Origin: a virus
Lineage: Duplodnaviria; Caudoviricetes
Reading direction: 5' to 3' (one strand)
Virus record (IMG/VR): IMGVR_UViG_3300025030_000115
Location: 1-59,052 of that record
DNA length: 59,052 bases
Made by a program: the position numbers and the translations under genes. Positions 36,818-45,167 of the stretch are shown in pieces; position 1 is the stretch's first letter; each line of letters opens with the position of its first letter. The notes below the pieces were generated by a model, which worked only from the letters and a program-made list of their open reading frames with translations, ran no database searches and was not told the DNA's origin.

Positions 36818-37672
36818 ATGATTGTGGATGAACTTATACGAATAAAACTGAATAATACAAATATCGAACACTTCAAATCTTTGGGTTATGAAGTCAGCAG
36901 TAGGTATGGTGAGATTATAGAAGTCAAGAGCACAGACTTATCTATATACAGTCATGTAAAAGTGAGAGCTGTATGCAATCTATGTGGAAACCAAATTTTG
37001 ATTTCAAACAGTAAGCACACACGATCAATACTTGGGAGGGGTGAGTACTTGTGCTCACCCTGCTCAAAAGGAAAATTCTCACTGGAAGAAGTGAGAGCTA
37101 TGTTAGAGGGTGCGGGGATGTTCCTGGTCAGTACTGAATATAAAAACAACAAATCTCCTATACAGTTTGTATGCCGTACTCACCCAAACACCTTACAAAA
37201 AATGTGTATTAGTGATTTCAGAAAGGGAGCTAGATGTAAGTTATGTACCGGAGGCGATTATAACAAATGGCGCAGAAAGGTAAGGGAGCTGACTACCGTA
37301 CAGTACCTGAGACAATGCACTGACGGGTGGAAGGCATATACAAAAGATTTCTGGTGTGACACTTGTGTGATTTCTAAAAACCAATCCAAAAGAAATCACG
37401 TACATCATATAATTAAGCCCTTCAAAGAAATTACTAATGAAACCTTTCAGGTGACTCAGCTGGAAGAAAGAAAATTTATAAAGGAATACTCGAAAGAAGA
37501 GTTAGAACTGCTGACCAACACTTTTAATACTATACACAAAAGTTATGGAATAGGTATTGTTATGTCACCAGAACTTCATTACAAATTTCATGCAAAGTAC
37601 GGGAAGCAAGAAAATCTAGAAGATTTTGCTGAATTTTGGGAAGAACATTCCAGCAACAGGGTTACATGCTAA
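36818..37672 (+). CDS. Putative HNH-like homing endonuclease between nrdD and nrdG
   Basis: CNLCG, CSPC, CRTHP, CKLC; CVIS...HVHHI...ELHYKFHAKYG. Confidence 0.6.
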   Translation: MIVDELIRIKLNNTNIEHFKSLGYEVSSRYGEIIEVKSTDLSIYSHVKVRAVCNLCGNQILISNSKHTRSILGRGEYLCSPCSKGKFSLEEVRAMLEGAGMFLVSTEYKNNKSPIQFVCRTHPNTLQKMCISDFRKGARCKLCTGGDYNKWRRKVRELTTVQYLRQCTDGWKAYTKDFWCDTCVISKNQSKRNHVHHIIKPFKEITNETFQVTQLEERKFIKEYSKEELELLTNTFNTIHKSYGIGIVMSPELHYKFHAKYGKQENLEDFAEFWEEHSSNRVTC

Positions 37673-38127
37673 GCCTACTAGCTACCCAATACTCACTTAG
37701 TACAATGTCCCTAGAACTATACTTTTCAGGATGCAGCGGGCCTCATTGTAAAAATTGTCATAATACTGAGTCGCACGATTTTAATAATGGCTCAAAAATA
37801 ACTGCTATAGAACTTTTCACACAAATAGAAAGTAAGGTTAATAACTCTTACGGATTAGTTAAGCAGATAATGCTATTTGGAGGCGAACCTCTAGACCAAC
37901 CACTAGATGAACTTACTGAATTAGTAAACCATACAAACACATTAAACTTACCTATCTGGCTGTTTACTAGGTATGAACTTTCAGAAGTACCTTCCAGTTT
38001 ACGTATCAGGTTTAGTTACATTAAAACTGGAAGGTACCTCGAAGAGTTTAAAGGCAAACACACACAGTATGGCATTACATTGGCAACTAGCAACCAGAAG
38101 ATTTACAAAAGAGGGTTAGACTACTAA
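37666..38127 (+). CDS. nrdG: Anaerobic RNR activating enzyme
   Basis: YFSGCSGPHCKNCHN, GGEPLDQ, IKTGRY, ATSNQ. Confidence 0.88.
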   Translation: MLSLLATQYSLSTMSLELYFSGCSGPHCKNCHNTESHDFNNGSKITAIELFTQIESKVNNSYGLVKQIMLFGGEPLDQPLDELTELVNHTNTLNLPIWLFTRYELSEVPSSLRIRFSYIKTGRYLEEFKGKHTQYGITLATSNQKIYKRGLDY

Positions 38128-38132
38128 CCAAC

Positions 38133-38166
38133 AAAAGCCCCTACAAATTATCTTGTAGGGGCTTTT
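38133..38166. terminator. Bidirectional terminator between the convergent arms
   Basis: AAAAGCCCCTACAA-ATTATC-TTGTAGGGGCTTTT. Confidence 0.88.
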
Positions 38167-38192
38167 CTCATTCATCTGAAAAATCATCTAAA

Positions 38193-38206
38193 TAGGTAAT
38201 TACCTA
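38193..38206. promoter_or_regulatory. Palindrome TAGGTAATTACCTA (perfect copy 3, with an extra half-site)
   Basis: Followed by a second AATTACCTAAA. Confidence 0.7.
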
Positions 38207-38212
38207 AATTAC

Positions 38213-38809
38213 CTAAATCATAGTAAGGCCACTAAAATTCTTATCAATAAACTTGTTATAGTAGCTAATCGAATGGTCCCCAACATCCACCAACTCCTCA
38301 CCACTATCCCCGTCAGTAATACCTATCCCCTCACATTTATGTTCAAAAAGCAACCTAGGAATCATCGCTATAGGGTCATCACTCATGTAAATTCTGACAT
38401 GATCTACAGAGGATTTAAAAGACCAATATTTAAAGTACACTCTAGGCGACCCGAAGGTAACACAACCAACTCCCAATTTCTCAGCGAATAAAATAGCAAC
38501 AGCACCGCCTAAAGAATGCCCTGTAAAGATTACCTTCCGGTCGTCTCCCAACTCCTTTAGAATCTTAGGGCTAAGTTTATTAAAAGCTCTGACGAAGCCC
38601 CACGTGCTAAAGAAACTTCCAAACTTCCAAGGGATAATGTTAATGTCCCTAGCAGCATTTATAACATTGCTTGTACCTCTAATTGACACTATGGTTAAGT
38701 CTGCTAAGTGTGTAATGGAATAACCCAAGTCTTTGACCTCAGTGCAATTGTCGTAGACCTCTTCAGATAACTTGCCACATAGTCTTATTAGTTCGTTTGT
38801 AATTGGCAT
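38213..38809 (-). CDS. Class 3 lipase (alpha/beta hydrolase)
   Basis: VSIRGT, TGHSLGGAVA, TFGSPRV, DDPIAMIP, DHSISYY. Confidence 0.88.
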   Translation of the reverse strand: MPITNELIRLCGKLSEEVYDNCTEVKDLGYSITHLADLTIVSIRGTSNVINAARDINIIPWKFGSFFSTWGFVRAFNKLSPKILKELGDDRKVIFTGHSLGGAVAILFAEKLGVGCVTFGSPRVYFKYWSFKSSVDHVRIYMSDDPIAMIPRLLFEHKCEGIGITDGDSGEELVDVGDHSISYYNKFIDKNFSGLTMI

Positions 38810-38820
38810 TTGTGGGCTCC

Positions 38821-39267
38821 TTACTTATCTTCAACAGGCCATCTGTAAGCAACTACTTCGTAACTTCCCAGACCAAAACTAGATACCTTAACTTGGTCAC
38901 TCTGGTTACCGCCTAAGAGGTATATCCTACCACCTTCAATCTTCTTGAAAAACCCTACATGATTACCTGACGCAGACCCAGTAGCCTTATCCCCGCCTTT
39001 AAACTTCTGGCGAATTACTGTAATAGCACCCGCCTTCGGCTGGTCAAGTTTAGTACCCCATTTTATAAAGGATGCTGCGGCTGCGCTGTTAGTTCCTTTA
39101 ATGCCAGCCGATTTAAGGCACCAATTGACGAAGGAAGCGCACCACGGAATTTCATCCTCCTTTGCGGCTAGAGAAGTGGTGGCGTGGTATTCTATGATTC
39201 TTTTGTTTTCTCCGCCTCTGACCTCACTAACACCTATTTCCTTCTCAGCGATTTCCATCCATTTCAT
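38821..39267 (-). CDS. TIGR02594-family NlpC/P60/CHAP-like peptidoglycan hydrolase (endolysin candidate)
   Basis: WMEIAEKEIGVSE, DEIPWCASFVNW, HVGF, LGGNQSD, YRWP. Confidence 0.82.
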   Translation of the reverse strand: MKWMEIAEKEIGVSEVRGGENKRIIEYHATTSLAAKEDEIPWCASFVNWCLKSAGIKGTNSAAAASFIKWGTKLDQPKAGAITVIRQKFKGGDKATGSASGNHVGFFKKIEGGRIYLLGGNQSDQVKVSSFGLGSYEVVAYRWPVEDK

Positions 39268-39276
39268 TTTAATCTC

Positions 39277-40944
39277 CTAGAAAATTCCCAACTCCGTATA
39301 ATCGCCCCAATAACTATCTTTCTCCGAAAAATTATTCTTGCTATAAAGGTCGCAGTGGTTTGTAAAATTCTTTCCGTGGTTAATATGGGCACTAGAATTA
39401 ACACAGTGCCAAGGACTTCTCACTAAATCAGGCTCTAGCATCACCTGCCCTCTTAGCAAAGACTCTTTAACTTTACTCTCAAAATGCACCAAAGCATCAC
39501 TAAAAAGCATGGTCATCTGGTGCAAAGGAATAGAATCGTGCACATGTCCGTAATCCTGAAAGCCCTCAGAACATACACCTTTTAAGTTAGTATTATAAAT
39601 CACCCCTCCGTCAAAGTCAGGATAATCAAAATAGCCCTCTGGATAAAGTACGTCATGCTCTAAGAAGCTGACATATTTATAAGACCCAGTAGCTTCGGCT
39701 CGGTAAAGTAGTTGAAGAATCTGCAAAGTAATGTTCAGGTGGTTGCTACTCTGAGTCTGTGCTATGAGTTCTGGGAAGGGGTTATTTTCGATAGTTTTCC
39801 AAGTGCTTGTAAGAATATCTGCCTTGCCCCTAGATACTTTCTCCAAATTACCTAAAACATTACTCACAACATTATCGTCATTGTTGTTTGTATAGAATAT
39901 TCCAAGTCTGTTACAGGTACCTTCTGGGATAATTAGATAATCATTTTCGGGGATTACTTTAGAGTACTCAACATCATCCAGTTTGTACTTAACCACTAGG
40001 TGCTTTAGTATGCCTTCTTGGGGGTCCCATCCGGCTAGGATATTATTCACGCAGACGTTAATACCGCTGCCTCTAACCAATCGTTTAAGATTAGCTGTTA
40101 CGTTAGCCCCTCCGTACGATGCTTCTATAATTTCTAACTTCACATTCTTATCCTTTGCAGCGGTTAGTTGTGTAGCTATTGAGTTAACCCTATCAGCGCC
40201 GAAATGTTCTTTTACCGGAGCTAAGTCAAGACCTAGTTCGGTAAAACCTATAACATAGTTTCTGATCCTATCGTCGTAAATCATAGGATAAGGTATATCT
40301 CCCATGCCAGTTTTGAAGAGGTGAACCCAAGACAGGAAAGGAAGACAGAGAGTTTTATGCCCTGCCTTTCTATACTTACTGTGAATGTAGCCCTCTTCCC
40401 CGCCAAAGCCTGCAAAGTCTGGATTAAATCCTAGCCAAGCATCTTTCCTACAAGCAAATAGACCAAGCCCCTGCATAGGAATTTCGTAGGGTTCTGAGTT
40501 AGGGTCTACTGAAGCAGCGCGCCAAGTCCCCCACATACCGCTTGCCCATTCATCATTGAAAGCGTCTGCATAATTAACTAGATCATCATATTTTAGAGGA
40601 CCTTGCAGAAGATCTTTACAGTCAGGATTTTTAGAAGTCCAATCTTTAAAACTAGCCATAGCACCTTCTGTGAGTAAAACATGAGTGTCAATGCACATAA
40701 CCCAGTCACCTAGAGCCTCTCTAAATACAAGGTCTCTAGGTGCTGAAGTTCCTGTTTTTTCTGTGTAAAGAATGTAGCGAGTTCCATAGGTACCGTCTAT
40801 AAAATTCTTTAACCGCGTATCTCCGTAGTTGTCTATCACTAAAATCTCAGTGTCTGTCATATCTTGATACATCAATAGAGACTGCACAGTAAACCAAACT
40901 TCAGTAAAATTGTTATAACTCGCCATTCCTATTGTTAGTTTCAT
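39277..40944 (-). CDS. Multi-domain glycosyltransferase (GT2 + small beta domain + second GT-A-like domain)
   Basis: LTIGMASYN, ILVIDN, CIDTH, GFGGEEG; linker IIEASYGGANVT...DPQEGILKHLVVKY; second domain FLEHDVLYPEGYF, INHGKNFT. Confidence 0.82.
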   Translation of the reverse strand: MKLTIGMASYNNFTEVWFTVQSLLMYQDMTDTEILVIDNYGDTRLKNFIDGTYGTRYILYTEKTGTSAPRDLVFREALGDWVMCIDTHVLLTEGAMASFKDWTSKNPDCKDLLQGPLKYDDLVNYADAFNDEWASGMWGTWRAASVDPNSEPYEIPMQGLGLFACRKDAWLGFNPDFAGFGGEEGYIHSKYRKAGHKTLCLPFLSWVHLFKTGMGDIPYPMIYDDRIRNYVIGFTELGLDLAPVKEHFGADRVNSIATQLTAAKDKNVKLEIIEASYGGANVTANLKRLVRGSGINVCVNNILAGWDPQEGILKHLVVKYKLDDVEYSKVIPENDYLIIPEGTCNRLGIFYTNNNDDNVVSNVLGNLEKVSRGKADILTSTWKTIENNPFPELIAQTQSSNHLNITLQILQLLYRAEATGSYKYVSFLEHDVLYPEGYFDYPDFDGGVIYNTNLKGVCSEGFQDYGHVHDSIPLHQMTMLFSDALVHFESKVKESLLRGQVMLEPDLVRSPWHCVNSSAHINHGKNFTNHCDLYSKNNFSEKDSYWGDYTELGIF

Positions 40945-43148
40945 AGAAGACTCTTTACTCCTGCGCTTGTTTTAATCCTTACTGCACCGTTATTTGAATA
41001 GAGTGCCAAAGATAAAATACCACTTGGTGTTTTAATTCTTAGAGGCCCGTTATTTGCTGTTAGTATTTGTACTTTAGTTGATCCTGAAAATAGTGTTATA
41101 AACGGTATGAAAGGTGCTACAGTTGTTGTATTAGTTGGTTGTGCTGTTGTAGTAGTTGGGCTAGCTGTTGTGGTCGGCTGAACTGTTGTAGTCGGGTTAA
41201 TGGTTGTGGTCGTAGCTGCCAAAGTAGTTGTAGGAACTATGGTAGTTGTTGGTTGTGCTGTTGTAGTAGTTGGGCTAGCTGTTGTAGTAGTTGGGCTAGC
41301 TGTTGTGGTCGGGCTAGCCGTAGTAGTTGCCCCCGTTATCACGTATTCCGTGCTGCTCTCGGCCTCTGTCGGCCCCCCGTTAGTCGGCACAGAGTACGCG
41401 GTGAGCGTAGTGGATGATGCAACCGCCACGTCTACCTGATTGGTTGCCGTAGTCCAGTCGGTGTCACCAGTCTTCTTGTAGTAGATCGTGGATGGACGGG
41501 TTGCCTGTAGCCGTACCGTCTGCGCCCCTACGTAAGTCCCTGCCGGTTTAGATCTGAGAGTCTGCGGGGCTACGGCGGTATCTTCCTGAAAACCGACCCA
41601 CATCCCTTTGAAAATAGTACTGTATTGCCCCCAAACGACATCGGGGGGACCAGTGTAGCGATCCCACCAGGTATTACCGCCCGATAGATTTGGTGCATTA
41701 CCCTGTGTACTGATCACCTTGCATCTGAAGTAGACAAACGCGTTAGTAGCAGCTAGTAGGTAAACTATCTCGTCCTGAAGGTAAATCCTGTTCGGGTCGT
41801 AGAGATAGACCCCTGTAGCGTGACCGTCTATCCGGAAGTAGACCTTTCTAGCTGCACCAGCTATGGAGTTAAGATCGACCTCGTAAGTACCCTCGGGATG
41901 GTAGCCGTCACCTGCGATAGATACACCATTTGCAACGACCGTATCCGACAAGAGCGCATCGGTTTCGGCGTTATAAACCTTGACCGTGACCCAATCCGAG
42001 CTTGCTGGTTTGAGCTTGTAGGCGAAGCGCAGTTCATCAAATTTATGACCAGCTTGAACCTCTACGACAGGACTAGTTGCCCCGAAATCGCCGGTCGATG
42101 GCGGCCCGCTTTCACCGGCAGTCATTAATGCGCCCTGAGTGAGAGAACGGAATACTGTCGTTGAACCGTCGGATACGGTATCCTCGACCCACACGCCCTC
42201 TGAACCGACAGTTCCCGGCTCGATACCGAGAGTAGCCCCCTCGTAGTCTTCCCACCCGACCAGAGCGCGCCAAGTAGTTCCCGCATGTCTTACCAGATAG
42301 CCGCGCCCGTAATCCCACGTTCCTGCGTAGCTGCTCATCCAGTACGGCGGCTGTTCGACCTTGGTTATGCCACCTATCCAGAATTCGCCTATTTCTGGAC
42401 TCTCGACAATCATAGTACCGGAATCAACCGCGTTGCCGTCTTGAGCCTCTTCGCCTATCCCTATGCCGCCAGTGAACCCCCACATCGGGCGGCCTGATAC
42501 CTCCACCCCATGCACATAGATCACCCTCGACCAAGCCACCCATTCGCGGGTGAACGGATAGGACATGCGGTAAGGGACTACTCCGCTGATCGCGGGAGTG
42601 TATACCGAGGGCAATGCTGTACTGCCGCCTACTGACCGCCAAGTCCCGCCATTGACCCGCATTCTGATTGTAGGACTTGGTGCATCTGGTAGATAATCCT
42701 CTTCCACCAGAGTCAGTGAACTTAGGCTGACTGCTTCAGTTACCGGCCCTGTAGTCGTTATCCCGTTGCCGCCATCGTTGAATGATGTTATGGCGGGTCT
42801 GGAGTTGGGGGTGAAAGTCCCGCTGTCAGACATCAAGGTGCAGCGGTACTGTGATTCTCCTATCAGTATTGCACCAACGGTAGCAAAACTTTCTGTCCCG
42901 ACAACCTGAGTCTGGTACTTGATGCTTTGAGCTGCCTTGTTGTCAAAGAGCGGCAGAAACAGGGTCGGCTGCGCCAATAACTGTGACTGACTGGCAGGAT
43001 CTATGATCGCTTTACCGCCCGATATGGTAAAGAAATCGGAATGAAAAAGCCACTTGTCAAAGTTACCTGCTGACCAATCCTCTACGAACACGTTACCGTT
43101 GGCGTCGAGGTAGAGGTTTACGATTTTGGTAACGGCTGGAACTGCCAT
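40941..43148 (-). CDS. Putative virion fibre/adhesin with CBM-like modules and a Thr-rich mucin-like tract
   Basis: CBM5/12-like segments (YAGTWDYGRGYLVRHAGTTWRA; YDPNRIYLQDEIVY), FN3-associated-like PAGTYVGAQTVRL..TIYY, about 75-aa PTTT tract, duplicated RIKT(P/S)xG C-terminal motif. Confidence 0.65.
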   Translation of the reverse strand: MAVPAVTKIVNLYLDANGNVFVEDWSAGNFDKWLFHSDFFTISGGKAIIDPASQSQLLAQPTLFLPLFDNKAAQSIKYQTQVVGTESFATVGAILIGESQYRCTLMSDSGTFTPNSRPAITSFNDGGNGITTTGPVTEAVSLSSLTLVEEDYLPDAPSPTIRMRVNGGTWRSVGGSTALPSVYTPAISGVVPYRMSYPFTREWVAWSRVIYVHGVEVSGRPMWGFTGGIGIGEEAQDGNAVDSGTMIVESPEIGEFWIGGITKVEQPPYWMSSYAGTWDYGRGYLVRHAGTTWRALVGWEDYEGATLGIEPGTVGSEGVWVEDTVSDGSTTVFRSLTQGALMTAGESGPPSTGDFGATSPVVEVQAGHKFDELRFAYKLKPASSDWVTVKVYNAETDALLSDTVVANGVSIAGDGYHPEGTYEVDLNSIAGAARKVYFRIDGHATGVYLYDPNRIYLQDEIVYLLAATNAFVYFRCKVISTQGNAPNLSGGNTWWDRYTGPPDVVWGQYSTIFKGMWVGFQEDTAVAPQTLRSKPAGTYVGAQTVRLQATRPSTIYYKKTGDTDWTTATNQVDVAVASSTTLTAYSVPTNGGPTEAESSTEYVITGATTTASPTTTASPTTTTASPTTTTAQPTTTIVPTTTLAATTTTINPTTTVQPTTTASPTTTTAQPTNTTTVAPFIPFITLFSGSTKVQILTANNGPLRIKTPSGILSLALYSNNGAVRIKTSAGVKSLL
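41113..41335 (-). repeat. Thr/Pro/Ala-rich coding repeats (ASPTTTT, AQPTTT)
   Basis: GTTGGGCTAGCTGTTGT and related units repeated. Confidence 0.85.
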
Positions 43149-43151
43149 AAG

Positions 43152-44540
43152 TTACTCCTTTTTCCAGTCGTCTAATGTAAAGGTCACACCGGGAGTAGCC
43201 GCTATCGGAGGCACGACTTGAAGTCTGAATGTGGATGTGCTGCTAAGATAGTTAGATGCTATTGTCGATGTTCCCTTCAACACACCATTCCGATAGTATT
43301 CAATTGTGGTTGCTGATGCGTACTTGATTTTAAGTACATCATTGACGGGGTAGGTGAACCCTGCGGCATTAATTGATTCTATCGCGTAAGGTGCGAGGTT
43401 GGATGACAGGTATGTTTCTATCCCTGAATCCTCCCCATCTTCCCAACGCTCCATATTATAGTAAAGACCTATCAGGTTACTGTTTACTGGGTTAACTATA
43501 ATCAAGCCCAGAAAACCTTTAAGCAGGTTAGTAGACGTTATCTCAGATATGCTCGACAGCTTTACCGATAGGCTGTCTCCCACTGCAAACGGTATCGGGT
43601 TTTTAGTATTAAGAAGTACGTTAGGGTTGCCCGCTGAAGGTCGAGACTGTATCTGCAACTGATTACCTACGACCTTCGCGTAAGCCTCGGCAGCTACATC
43701 TATAAACGTAGGTGCATTGAGTAAGCTGGTTTCATAGTTAGTGCCCGGTATCGAATCATCTGCTGCATTGAAGGTGATGTTAAAACCAGCCGGAGCCGCC
43801 GTCGTGGTCGTGGTGGTCGGTACTGCCGTAGTGGTGGGTGCCGTCGTGGTAGTTGTGGCGGCGACAGTTGTAGTAGGAGCCGCCGTAGTAGTTGCAGCAA
43901 CAGTAGTGGTAGTAGGACTAACCGTAGTCGTAGGCGCACTAGTAGTTGTGGGTACTAAAGTGGTTGTAGCTGCTACAGTAGTGATTGCCGAAACAGTAGT
44001 CGTAGGACCTGCCGTAGTAGTTGCGGCAACCGTTGTAGTGGGTGTTACAGTAGTCGTGGGTGCAATAGTGGTTGTCGGAGCTACAGTAGTACTAGGCACC
44101 TCAGTAGTTGTCCCTAACAAATCAGTCCTAATAACAAACGTATAGCCCTGTGCAAACAATGCATCTTCCTGTGCTTGCGTAGCAGCTTCACCTACAAGTA
44201 TTCCAGACTGACCGATTCTAGCATCTATCTTCCGAATTACTTCCTGAGTTAAATGAAAGGCAAACTCGCTATCGCCAGCGTGTATTTCAGCGAGACCTAG
44301 GTTGGGAGTCCAGTCAGTAGTTATCTGGTAAGCCGAACCAGCCACAGAAATTCCAGCGTAGTTGGGGCTGATTTTAATTTGGGTATTACTATCCACCGAT
44401 ATAACCCCGTAAATAGCAGCTACCCCGTAAACCTTAAAAGTATCCCCAACATTAACCTTACTGAGCCAAGAAGTTCCCACCCCAGTCACTACATTTGTAC
44501 CTTGATCTACAGATACTGCGCCTACCTGATACTGTGCCAT
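43152..44540 (-). CDS. Tail fibre/spike-like protein with an N-terminal virion anchor and a long mucin-like linker
   Basis: MAQYQVGAVSVDQGTNVVTGVGTSW is typical of tail fibre/spike N-termini; about 105-aa (A/V)PTTT(V/A) tract; beta-rich C-terminal domain. Confidence 0.72.
   Translation of the reverse strand: MAQYQVGAVSVDQGTNVVTGVGTSWLSKVNVGDTFKVYGVAAIYGVISVDSNTQIKISPNYAGISVAGSAYQITTDWTPNLGLAEIHAGDSEFAFHLTQEVIRKIDARIGQSGILVGEAATQAQEDALFAQGYTFVIRTDLLGTTTEVPSTTVAPTTTIAPTTTVTPTTTVAATTTAGPTTTVSAITTVAATTTLVPTTTSAPTTTVSPTTTTVAATTTAAPTTTVAATTTTTAPTTTAVPTTTTTTAAPAGFNITFNAADDSIPGTNYETSLLNAPTFIDVAAEAYAKVVGNQLQIQSRPSAGNPNVLLNTKNPIPFAVGDSLSVKLSSISEITSTNLLKGFLGLIIVNPVNSNLIGLYYNMERWEDGEDSGIETYLSSNLAPYAIESINAAGFTYPVNDVLKIKYASATTIEYYRNGVLKGTSTIASNYLSSTSTFRLQVVPPIAATPGVTFTLDDWKKE
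43790..44112 (-). repeat. Thr/Pro/Ala/Val-rich coding repeats (6-7 aa period)
   Basis: PSTTVAPTTTIAPTTTVTPTTTVAATTT... Confidence 0.85.
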
Positions 44541-44588
44541 ACAAGTCTCCTAACGATTTTATACTAAAACAATAAATCATTTCACTTT

Positions 44589-44620
44589 ATTATATACACT
44601 CTTTGGGTAATAAATATTAC
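44589..44620 (-). promoter_or_regulatory. Phage-specific promoter GTAATA-N17-GTATATAAT
   Basis: Upstream of the fibre-GT-lysis operon. Confidence 0.68.
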
Positions 44621-44639
44621 TTGGCAAGTACATTTAATA

Positions 44640-45155
44640 CTAGGCCCACCTAATTGCTTCTACTTCCTCTACTGTCCCAGCTAATTCTATTTGAGTTTTT
44701 ATGGCTCTGGCCTTTTGGTGTATAGCGTCGCCTCTCAAAGCCATAGTTATGGGTATCTGAACCATCTGAGATTTGTTTAGAGTTATTGTAGAGCTATCCT
44801 GACAAGTCCATTCTATAGAAAACTCTGGGGCAACTTGTGCAGCTTGAACTGCTATGCTAATTCTTCTGATAGCTGCTGAGTCTGAGTCAAACCTTTTGCC
44901 TAGATAATCAAAGCCAGAGAGTTCTTCTGCGTCTCTGGCTTTTTTGATTTCTTCCCACTTCATAGTTTTAGCGTCAGCTAGGTCTATCGTCGGAAGTATA
45001 GAAACCGGTTCTCCGTTGATGATGTGTGTTGCTTCCGTTGGGCAGTTGAGAAAAAATTCCTCACCTTCGAAACATTGACTTGCCGCTTGACTTATAGGAC
45101 AATCCGTATGCCTACTTATAAAACCGGTAGACACGTCATAAATAGCTATATGCAT
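44640..45155 (-). CDS. DUF4376 tail fibre assembly-like protein
   Basis: KWEEIKKARD...GF.YLGKRFDSD...IEWTCQDSSTITL...VEAIRW. Confidence 0.75.
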   Translation of the reverse strand: MHIAIYDVSTGFISRHTDCPISQAASQCFEGEEFFLNCPTEATHIINGEPVSILPTIDLADAKTMKWEEIKKARDAEELSGFDYLGKRFDSDSAAIRRISIAVQAAQVAPEFSIEWTCQDSSTITLNKSQMVQIPITMALRGDAIHQKARAIKTQIELAGTVEEVEAIRWA

Positions 45156-45167
45156 ATTATTATACTC

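Noticed and set aside
36818-37672. Group I intron or intein splitting nrdD or polA
   Set aside because: nrdD ends with its glycyl-radical motif and polA has all motifs contiguous; the endonuclease-like ORF is free-standing.
41139-44145. Val-rich or Cys-rich + strand ORFs (41139, 41200, 43741) as membrane proteins
   Set aside because: They are antisense shadows of the Thr-codon repeats and have no RBS.
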